Assembly (NCBI GenBank): GCA_026417515.1 | Contig: JAOADC010000022.1 | Coordinates: 1-58,672, forward strand | Length of the DNA stretch: 58,672 bases | From: Actinomycetota bacterium | Lineage (GTDB): Bacteria; Actinomycetota; Aquicultoria; SKW223 | Reading direction: 5' to 3' | Part shown: positions 21,064 through 27,825 of the stretch, piece by piece | Position numbering within the stretch: position 1 is the stretch's first letter | Layout of the letters: the number at the start of each line of letters is the position of its first letter | Notes under the pieces: generated by a model | What the model was told of the DNA's origin: nothing | The model's input: the letters and a program-made list of their open reading frames with translations, nothing else | Database searches by the model: none | Program-made: the position numbers and the translations under genes

Positions 21064-21721
21064 TAGAACTTACTCAATAAGTAAGGTAGTCGAGATGCTA
21101 AAGAACGAATTTCCAGATCTAAGCGTTTCCAAAATACGTTTTCTTGAATCTAAAGGTGTAATCAGTCCCAAAAGAAAAGAATCTGGTTATCGTGTTTTTA
21201 CCGATGAGGATATCGAACTTCTTAGAAAAGTGCTCATCCTTCAAAGAGATTACTTTATGCCCCTTAAGGTTATTAAAGAGAAAATTTCAAAGGGAACCCT
21301 ACCTAAAATTCCTGGTTCGTCTTCTCTAAATTCTCAAAAATCACTTAAATACGATGAAGTAATGAGAATGTTTAACGTTAACTATGATTTCCTTGATGAA
21401 CTTGAAAAGTTTGGACTTATTCAGGGATATCACACACAAGAAGGAAAGTTTTTCAACTCAGATGATGTAGAAATTATCGATCTTGCAGTCAAGTTTAGAC
21501 AGTTCGGGATTGAACCGAGGCACCTGAGAGTAATAGAAAACCTGGTCTCAAAAGAAGCTCTGTCTTTTGAACAGATTCTCTTTCCAATTGTCAGGCAAAA
21601 AACTGAGGAAAGTATAGACAACGCAAAACAGGTTATGGATACACTTATAAATCTGGCTACCTCTTTTCACAAACTCCTCATACAAAAAAGTCTGAAGGAA
21701 AAATTTCCTGAACTTTTCTAA
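21056..21721 (+). CDS. MerR family transcriptional regulator, FtsR-like
   Basis: It has the N-terminal MerR HTH with FPDLSVSKIRFLESKGVISPKRKESGYRVFT and DYFMPLKVIKEKI, a pattern typical of actinobacterial FtsR/Rv1828-like proteins. The GTG start overlaps the FHA gene by 8 nt. Confidence 0.85.
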   Translation: MSDRTYSISKVVEMLKNEFPDLSVSKIRFLESKGVISPKRKESGYRVFTDEDIELLRKVLILQRDYFMPLKVIKEKISKGTLPKIPGSSSLNSQKSLKYDEVMRMFNVNYDFLDELEKFGLIQGYHTQEGKFFNSDDVEIIDLAVKFRQFGIEPRHLRVIENLVSKEALSFEQILFPIVRQKTEESIDNAKQVMDTLINLATSFHKLLIQKSLKEKFPELF

Positions 21722-21737
21722 ATCTGCTTAACAAACA

Positions 21738-22268
21738 ATGAGAACAGAAGAACCCCCAAGGCTAATTGTTGACGCTATGCTTGGTAGGCTTGCAAAGAAA
21801 CTTCGCCTACTGGGAATCGATGCTGCTTACCACAGAGGTTCAGACAGAGAACTTTTTAAGAGGGCATTAACTGAAAAGCGAATCGTCGTTACAAAAGATA
21901 CCGATGCAGTTCGCACGAAGGCAGCAAAGTCCGTATTATCGATTCTCATTCCTAAGGAACTTAATGATTATCGTTCTCAAACTAGCTTTCTAATTAACGA
22001 GTTGAAAAAATTGGGGTTTAAAACATACAGTTTTTTTGGGAGATGTAGTCTCTGCAATTCAACCCTTATTCAAGTTAAAAAAATTTCAGCAAGCAAGATA
22101 ATTCCTTCTTATGTTTACCTTTATACAGGCAAAAAAATAAAGTTATGCCCAGTTTGCTTAAGGGCTTACTGGGAAGGCACGCACTTCAAAAAATTTACCG
22201 AAGATTTAAAGGTAGTTATGGAAAGAAGTGAAGAAGACATTTCCAACAAGCAAGTTCAAAATCGATAG
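21738..22268 (+). CDS. Mut7-C RNase domain (DUF82, PIN-like plus zinc ribbon) protein
   Basis: It has the N-terminal LIVDAMLGRLAKKLRLLGIDA and C-terminal CSLCN...CPVC...YWEGTHF. Confidence 0.75.
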   Translation: MRTEEPPRLIVDAMLGRLAKKLRLLGIDAAYHRGSDRELFKRALTEKRIVVTKDTDAVRTKAAKSVLSILIPKELNDYRSQTSFLINELKKLGFKTYSFFGRCSLCNSTLIQVKKISASKIIPSYVYLYTGKKIKLCPVCLRAYWEGTHFKKFTEDLKVVMERSEEDISNKQVQNR

Positions 22269-22646
22269 CAGTCCAGAAAAAAGAAGCAAATAAGAAAGTC
22301 TAATATAGTTTTTCTTACTTTTTAGGTTTGATACAAAAGGAATCGACGTCGAGTAAATAAGCAGTAAAAAACTTGTAAGAAATTTTATGTTCATAGCACC
22401 TGATTTGCCAACGCCAAGAACAATCGCAAGCAGAAGCAAGAGAGTAGCAATCATAATGTAGGCGACACCAAACTTAAGCCTAACCTCTACAGCCTTGTAT
22501 ATTGGATCATCCTCTTTAAACTTTTTCATAACAATTAATGCCGTTGCACCAGAGGATGAAGCCAGCAGAAAAAATAAAACAGAAAAAACACCGGCAAGCG
22601 AATGAACAAAGCAAGATGTAATTGCCGTTTTTTCCATTACAAGCAC
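22206..22646 (-). CDS. Small integral membrane protein, about four TM helices
   Basis: Hydrophobic segments are seen throughout. It has a 63-nt convergent overlap with the Mut7-C gene. I recognised no family. Confidence 0.55.
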   Translation of the reverse strand: MLVMEKTAITSCFVHSLAGVFSVLFFLLASSSGATALIVMKKFKEDDPIYKAVEVRLKFGVAYIMIATLLLLLAIVLGVGKSGAMNIKFLTSFLLLIYSTSIPFVSNLKSKKNYIRLSYLLLFSGLLSILNLLVGNVFFTSFHNYL

Positions 22647-22692
22647 CCCAGCGTTTTTATAAATTTTAAGCGAATGGTTTAAAATTTAATAA

Positions 22693-23127
22693 ATGCCTTT
22701 AAAAAAGGATACATTAAAATCCAGCGACAAGAATAGCCAAATCAATAAGATTCACTTTGCCCATCCTTCAGAAAGGGTATGCGCAGAAATTCTTGACTAC
22801 TATGGCATCAAGTGGGAATATGAACCCCACACCTTTCCGATTGAATTCGATAAGAAGGGTAGGGTAATAACTTACTTCACCCCTGATTTCTACCTTCCCG
22901 AACTTGATCTTTACATTGAACTCACAACAATGAACCAAAAGCTGGTTACAAAGAAAAATAGAAAGGTCAGAAAACTAAAGGAACTCTTTCCTGAGATAAA
23001 AATAATTGTTCTTTATCAGAAGGATTTCCGCAATCTCATAATTAAATATGGACTGGTAAAAAAAGATAAGAGTTTACTGAAACCAGGCGAGCATAAGACA
23101 CCCGCAAAAGAAGGAAGGGGAGAATAA
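22693..23127 (+). CDS. Hypothetical protein, possible PD-(D/E)xK nuclease fold
   Basis: The PDFYLPELDLYIELT...K pattern resembles a restriction-endonuclease-like core. The tail is basic. It abuts hpt. Confidence 0.5.
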   Translation: MPLKKDTLKSSDKNSQINKIHFAHPSERVCAEILDYYGIKWEYEPHTFPIEFDKKGRVITYFTPDFYLPELDLYIELTTMNQKLVTKKNRKVRKLKELFPEIKIIVLYQKDFRNLIIKYGLVKKDKSLLKPGEHKTPAKEGRGE

Positions 23128-23128
23128 C

Positions 23129-23701
23129 TTGGATGACTTAAACTCCCTGGTAGAAAAATATGTAAAGAAAGTACTCTTTACAGAGGAAGAAATCCAACTG
23201 CGAGTCGCAGAAATTTCAGAAAGAATTAACGAAGATTACACTGGTTTAGAACCTGTTATCATCGCTGTGCTCAAAGGAAGTCTTTATTTTGTTTCAGATC
23301 TCACACGACAGTTGAATATACCGCTCAGTCTGGACTTTATGGCAATAGAAAGTTATGGCCCTCAACCAAGTTCTTCAGGTGCAGTCAAACTTCTCAAAGA
23401 CCTTGATCAACCTATAGAGGGTAGAGACATCATAATAGTTGAGGATATTATTGATACTGGGCTTACACTCAGTTACCTCATTAGAAATTTAAAAGCGAGA
23501 AACCCTCGATCCATTAGAGTTTGCACACTTCTTGACAAAAGCGTGAGAAGGTTGGTGCCAATAGAAATAACCTACAAGGGATTCGAAGTTCCTGATGTTT
23601 TCGTCGTCGGATACGGTCTTGACTTCGAACAAAAGTTCAGAAACCTACCATATATCGGCGTCCTTGACATCGATAGGGCAGTAGAGGACTTCTATGAATG
23701 A
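23129..23701 (+). CDS. hpt: Hypoxanthine phosphoribosyltransferase
   Basis: It has the PRPP-binding motif IIIVEDIIDTGLTL and FVVGYGLDF. The start is TTG. Confidence 0.93.
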   Translation: MDDLNSLVEKYVKKVLFTEEEIQLRVAEISERINEDYTGLEPVIIAVLKGSLYFVSDLTRQLNIPLSLDFMAIESYGPQPSSSGAVKLLKDLDQPIEGRDIIIVEDIIDTGLTLSYLIRNLKARNPRSIRVCTLLDKSVRRLVPIEITYKGFEVPDVFVVGYGLDFEQKFRNLPYIGVLDIDRAVEDFYE

Positions 23702-24701
23702 ACAATACTCGGTAATGAAAAGAATTATTTACGCTATATCGATGTTGGCCATACTTATTGCTGCAGGTACATCTGCCTATATGTATTTCGAAGGCTTCAA
23801 TTTTTGGGACGCTATCTATATGACAGTTATCACCATATCTACTGTTGGTTTTAGAGAGGTGAATCCGCTCTCACACAAAGGAAGAATAATCACTATGGCT
23901 CTGATCATTCTTGGCGTAGGACTTCTGTTTTATACCCTTGGAACTGCCATCGAGTACTTTTTCGGAGGTCTCCTTCAAACAAGAATGCGGCAAAGGAGGA
24001 TGCTTAAAAGAATGAATAGGCTTAAAAACCATTATGTTTTATGTGGCTATGGCAGGGTGGGCAAGGAAGTTGCAAAGGAATTAAAGAGGCAGAATCAAAG
24101 TTTTGTCATTATCGAAGAAGATGAAGAAAAGGTTCTAACGGCACAGGAAGAAGGTTTGCTGGCAATCCACGGAAATGCAACAGAGGAAAGGGTTCTACTT
24201 CAAGCAGGATTATCGCGTGCCAAGGGAGTTGCAGCCTGTGTAGGAAATGATTCAGACAACGTTTTTATTACTTTAACAGCAAGGTCTATGGAACCTGATA
24301 TCTTCATAGTTTCGAGAGCCAATACACCAGAAGTAGTAAGTAAACTTTATCGTGCAGGTGCGAACAGAGTGATTTCACCAGCTGAAATAGGAGGGAAAAG
24401 AATTGCAAGTCTGCTCACTCATCCAAGACTTTCAGAATTTTTAGACATAGTAAGTTTTGAAGAAGACATTGAGTTTCAGATGGAACAATATGAAGTTCCG
24501 CCTTCTTCAAGAATGGCTGGTAAAACTATTGGTGAATTGAAGATAAGAGACAAAACAGGTTGTATTGTGGTTCTTGTTAAATACCCTGACGGAAGACTTG
24601 AGAAAACACCTAAATCAAGCACTCTGATTCTTCCAGGCTCAAAACTGATTCTTCTAGGCACAATGGAACAGCTGACTGCTTTTGAACAAACCTTGCTTTA
24701 A
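23694..24701 (+). CDS. Two-TM potassium-channel-like protein with RCK (TrkA-N/TrkA-C) domains
   Basis: It has a pore helix plus filter region TISTVGFRE, a Rossmann motif VLCGYGRVG, and a TrkA-C domain at the C-terminus. Confidence 0.85.
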   Translation: MNEQYSVMKRIIYAISMLAILIAAGTSAYMYFEGFNFWDAIYMTVITISTVGFREVNPLSHKGRIITMALIILGVGLLFYTLGTAIEYFFGGLLQTRMRQRRMLKRMNRLKNHYVLCGYGRVGKEVAKELKRQNQSFVIIEEDEEKVLTAQEEGLLAIHGNATEERVLLQAGLSRAKGVAACVGNDSDNVFITLTARSMEPDIFIVSRANTPEVVSKLYRAGANRVISPAEIGGKRIASLLTHPRLSEFLDIVSFEEDIEFQMEQYEVPPSSRMAGKTIGELKIRDKTGCIVVLVKYPDGRLEKTPKSSTLILPGSKLILLGTMEQLTAFEQTLL

Positions 24702-24706
24702 CACTA

Positions 24707-25780
24707 CTAACGCTTGGGAAATATTATTTCGACCTCTATCTTGGCAACTCCGCTGAATCCCAATGCTTCAGCGCAAGCACGCGAAAGATCAAATTCTCTA
24801 CCTGGTATAAATGGACCTCTATCAGTGACTTTGGCAACTATTGCTCTATCTCCTCTGCGAATAAGTACAAAAGTCCCGAATGGAAGAGACCTGTGGGCCA
24901 CTGTAAAGTCCCATTGATTGAATATCTCTCCACTTGCTGTTCGTCTTCCGTGGAATTCGTTTCCGTACCAACTGGCATAACAACTCCAACTCTTTCCTGA
25001 AGATTCGTATTCTTCTGGCATCCTTTCGCTCGTAAGAAATGCTTCATCGTAAGGACTTACTCTGACAAACTTCTTTGGAACCAACTCGTCAGGACGGTAT
25101 CCTCCGCCCCTTACTATATAACCTCTAGAAGCATACTTTCTGATACCTTTTGGAGACAGCATTATGCTGTATTCACGCTTTGCGCGTTTCAATGTATCTT
25201 GTAAAGATTCTTTAAGCGATTTAAGTTGGAGTTTTTTCTGTTCGTAAACAGCCAGGTATGATTCGGTTTTTTTCTTACTGTCGTTCAAAACAAGTAGCAA
25301 CTCATTTTCTTTCCTTCTTAAATTTTTTAATTCATCAATGTTCTTTGCTTCTGCTTTAGAAATAAAAGTCAGGAATTTAATACGGTTTATAAAATCCCAG
25401 AAACCTTCGCTGTCAAGTAAAATGATGATTCCATATTGTCTATCCTGTAAATAAAGTTGTTTAATCCTTTTTCTTAGAATATCTTCTCTTTGCTTAATTT
25501 CTTCCTGAACTTTCTTCAATTTTTCTTGCGATACATTAATTTCTTTCTTTAACCCTTCAAGCCTTCCACTCAAAGAAACCATTTCTTCTTCGATTGATGT
25601 AATCTGCTTATCTACGTCCGATATCTGCTGCTGAAGTTTTTCTATCTCTTGCTTTTTTTGAATAGGGTCTGTTGCAAAAGAAGGATGGGTTACTGTTAAA
25701 GTTAAACCTAATATTAAAGTTGAAAGCAGAAAAACTTTTAACCTTTTGTTTAGCATCACTTTTAAGTAATCGTCAAACAT
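24707..25780 (-). CDS. RlpA-like lytic transglycosylase family protein with N-terminal coiled coil
   Basis: A signal peptide and long coiled coil are followed by a C-terminal DPBB domain (ASWYGNEFHGRRTASGEIF...VTDRGPF). Confidence 0.8.
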   Translation of the reverse strand: MFDDYLKVMLNKRLKVFLLSTLILGLTLTVTHPSFATDPIQKKQEIEKLQQQISDVDKQITSIEEEMVSLSGRLEGLKKEINVSQEKLKKVQEEIKQREDILRKRIKQLYLQDRQYGIIILLDSEGFWDFINRIKFLTFISKAEAKNIDELKNLRRKENELLLVLNDSKKKTESYLAVYEQKKLQLKSLKESLQDTLKRAKREYSIMLSPKGIRKYASRGYIVRGGGYRPDELVPKKFVRVSPYDEAFLTSERMPEEYESSGKSWSCYASWYGNEFHGRRTASGEIFNQWDFTVAHRSLPFGTFVLIRRGDRAIVAKVTDRGPFIPGREFDLSRACAEALGFSGVAKIEVEIIFPKR

Positions 25781-25818
25781 ACTTCGAACTTTAGAAAAAA
25801 CAGTGATTGGACTGTGTT

Positions 25819-25840
25819 TTTGCTGCGGTTATTTGCTGCG
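25819..25840. repeat. Direct repeat TTTGCTGCG x2 with 13-bp period
   Basis: Read directly from the sequence: TTTGCTGCG-GTTA-TTTGCTGCG, in the divergent intergenic region between the RlpA-like gene and the cassette. Confidence 0.6.
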
Positions 25841-25855
25841 ATAATTTTAGATATA

Positions 25856-25885
25856 TTACCACATATTTAAACTATCGGTTAAAAT
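25856..25885 (+). promoter_or_regulatory. Putative promoter giving a leaderless mRNA for the three-gene cassette (TTACCA-18-TAAAAT)
   Basis: The -10-like hexamer ends 6 nt before ATG 25892, and there is no SD sequence. Confidence 0.35.
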
Positions 25886-25891
25886 TTTTTC

Positions 25892-26203
25892 ATGCGAAAA
25901 GTATTTGGAAGTGCTTCAGACTTTTTTGAAGTTAAGCTTTATTATATTCAGGAAATAATACCTCAGGAATTTGATTGGGATGAACTCACAGCCTACATAG
26001 GACCAAGGACTCCTTTAGAACCAACAAGCAAAGCAAAATATGAAATTCAGTTCATAAGCAAGGAATCTGGTAAAGTCATAAAGAGGATAGAGTTTGAAAA
26101 TTCATCAGAAGCAAAACTAAAGTATCAGGAAGCAATTGACGATTTAAAAAATAGCGAGGTAATGGAGTTTACAAGTAAGTACGATCTGGTGCTGGAGGAT
26201 TAG
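25892..26203 (+). CDS. Hypothetical 103-aa protein (first gene of three-gene cassette)
   Basis: The ORF has no Shine-Dalgarno sequence, but a -10-like TAAAAT ends 6 nt before the ATG, suggesting a leaderless mRNA. Its stop overlaps the next start (TAGTG). Confidence 0.5.
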   Translation: MRKVFGSASDFFEVKLYYIQEIIPQEFDWDELTAYIGPRTPLEPTSKAKYEIQFISKESGKVIKRIEFENSSEAKLKYQEAIDDLKNSEVMEFTSKYDLVLED

Positions 26204-26649
26204 TGGGAATCTATTTTAATTATGATTACGAAGAAGGAAAGGAAGTTGAAAACTGGGTTCCTTGCTACTTGTGTGGAGAAAAGAAGGTTCTCTATGTCGA
26301 ATACCATATCAAGAAAGGACCTATCTATACGCTTCTTAACGATGAGGCTCGAAAATTATGGTCTGGGAGAGAGATAAAGATCGTCAGTGATACTTATTTA
26401 ATATGCGATGACTGCTATCAACAAAGACCTTCAGAAGATCTCATAATCTCAGAAATACTTAAGAAGAAGCGTCTATCCTCTCAACCACAAAAAGCAGAAA
26501 TCGATACAATAAAGGTTATAGAGAATGAAATCGAAGATGTTAAAGGCAAGATTACAGTACTTATGGAAAGGCTAGGGGAACTATACGAAAGGCTCGGTAG
26601 AGAAAAGGTCTTAAAGCAGAAAAAAATGCTTCAGAACAAGGAGGAATAG
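26203..26649 (+). CDS. Hypothetical zinc-ribbon (CxxC...CxxC) plus C-terminal coiled-coil protein, paralog A
   Basis: It has N-terminal MGIYFNYDY, four Cys in two CxxC pairs and a heptad-rich tail. It is a paralog of the next ORF. Confidence 0.65.
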   Translation: MGIYFNYDYEEGKEVENWVPCYLCGEKKVLYVEYHIKKGPIYTLLNDEARKLWSGREIKIVSDTYLICDDCYQQRPSEDLIISEILKKKRLSSQPQKAEIDTIKVIENEIEDVKGKITVLMERLGELYERLGREKVLKQKKMLQNKEE

Positions 26650-26651
26650 AG

Positions 26652-27089
26652 ATGGGTATTTACTTCAACTTTGATTTCAAGAACGGCAAAGAAGTGGAAC
26701 AGCCAGAAAGGTGCTATATATGCGGTAGACCGGATGTTTTATATGCTGAATACTACGTTCTTGATGGAGATGTATACCGTTTATATAAGAATGCTAGAAA
26801 AATTGTAAGAGGCAAGGAAATTCCTGTGGGCTCAAGAATTCATGCCATCTGCGAAGCCTGCCTTGAGAAATATCCTATGGAAGAGGATCTTGTTGAGGAA
26901 ATTCTTAAGAAACGCCACGAGGAAAAGAAAGCTGAAATTTATAAGGAAATACAGAATCTAACAAACGAAGCTGAAAACAAAAAACAGGAAATCGCGCTTA
27001 AAGAAAAAGAACTGGAAGTATTAAAGTCAGAGCTCGAAGAAATTTTAAACAGGATAGATAACCTAAAAAAGAACCTGGGTGAAAGTTAG
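26652..27089 (+). CDS. Hypothetical zinc-ribbon (CxxC...CxxC) plus C-terminal coiled-coil protein, paralog B
   Basis: It has N-terminal MGIYFNFDF and the same Cys spacing and EILKK linker as paralog A. A strong terminator follows. Confidence 0.65.
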   Translation: MGIYFNFDFKNGKEVEQPERCYICGRPDVLYAEYYVLDGDVYRLYKNARKIVRGKEIPVGSRIHAICEACLEKYPMEEDLVEEILKKRHEEKKAEIYKEIQNLTNEAENKKQEIALKEKELEVLKSELEEILNRIDNLKKNLGES

Positions 27090-27096
27090 ATAAGAG

Positions 27097-27126
27097 AAGG
27101 GCCAAAAACGGCCCTTTTCTTTTTTG
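27097..27126 (+). terminator. Rho-independent terminator of the three-gene cassette
   Basis: It reads AAGGGCC-AAAAAC-GGCCCTT followed by TTCTTTTTT. Confidence 0.8.
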
Positions 27127-27139
27127 GAAAGGAAATGCA

Positions 27140-27167
27140 ACGCAACATAATATATATTATCAGAACT
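27140..27167. other. dif-like (Xer recombination) candidate site
   Basis: The minus-strand reading is AGTTCTGATAA-TATATA-TTATGTTGCGT. The core GATAAT-N-TA-N-ATTATGT resembles recalled Firmicute/Actinobacterial dif sites. It lies exactly at the gene-orientation switch. Confidence 0.4.
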
Positions 27168-27174
27168 ATACGGA

Positions 27175-27720
27175 TTATTCTTCAGTGGTAAGTATTTCCT
27201 CTGCTGCTTTTAAGAAGGTAAGATAATCACCTTCCGAATAAAGAACGATTCTTATGGTTCTTATGTTCCTCAAATGAGGTACCATTCTTTTAATTGTTTT
27301 TAGAGATACAATTGCAGCCTCTTCAACGGGATAACCAAAGATGCCGGTTGAAATGGCTGGAAAAGCTATTGAATTGATACCATTACTCTCGGCGATTCTT
27401 AAACTGCTCTCAAAGCATTTTGCAAGCAAATCATCTTCAGGTTTATCTATACCGTACCTTGGACCCAGCGTATGTATAACATACCTGTTTGGCAACCTAT
27501 ATCCTGAAGTTATTACAGCACTTCCAACTTTAATCGGGGCAAATTTCTTACATTCATCGTATAATTCAGGGCCTGCTGCTCTATGTATTGCTCCAGCAAC
27601 ACCTCCTCCAGGTGCAAGCATTGGATTTGCTGAATTTACTATTGCTTCCATATCTTTCTGTTCTGTTATATCTCCCTTAACTATCTGAATATTCACGGAG
27701 CCCAATTTATACTCCTTCAA
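27175..27720 (-). CDS. Macro domain protein (ADP-ribose / O-acetyl-ADP-ribose hydrolase, MacroD/YmdB type)
   Basis: It has IVNSANPMLAPGGGVAGAIHRAAG and SIAFPAISTGIFGYP. The TTG start follows AAGGAAAGGAGG. Confidence 0.9.
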   Translation of the reverse strand: MKEYKLGSVNIQIVKGDITEQKDMEAIVNSANPMLAPGGGVAGAIHRAAGPELYDECKKFAPIKVGSAVITSGYRLPNRYVIHTLGPRYGIDKPEDDLLAKCFESSLRIAESNGINSIAFPAISTGIFGYPVEEAAIVSLKTIKRMVPHLRNIRTIRIVLYSEGDYLTFLKAAEEILTTEE

Positions 27721-27749
27721 CCCAATTCCTCCTTTCCTTTCGATATTTT

Positions 27750-27782
27750 AAAAAAAATGGGCAAGCTTTCTTAAGCCTGCCC
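27750..27782 (-). terminator. Rho-independent terminator of the peroxiredoxin gene
   Basis: The minus-strand RNA reads GGGCAGGC-UUAAGAAA-GCUUGCCC, 8 bp including one G-U pair, then A plus U8. Confidence 0.75.
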
Positions 27783-27825
27783 GTTATTAATCTTCTGTAT
27801 TTCAGAATATCAAAACTAATTAAGA

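Noticed and set aside
25841-25868. A second dif-like half site on the left flank of the three-gene cassette would make it a Xer-dependent integrated element (IMEX).
   Set aside because: The sequence ATAATTTTAGATATATTACCACATATTT does not align to the ATAA-N6-TTAT architecture of the candidate dif site. The similarity is only AT-richness.
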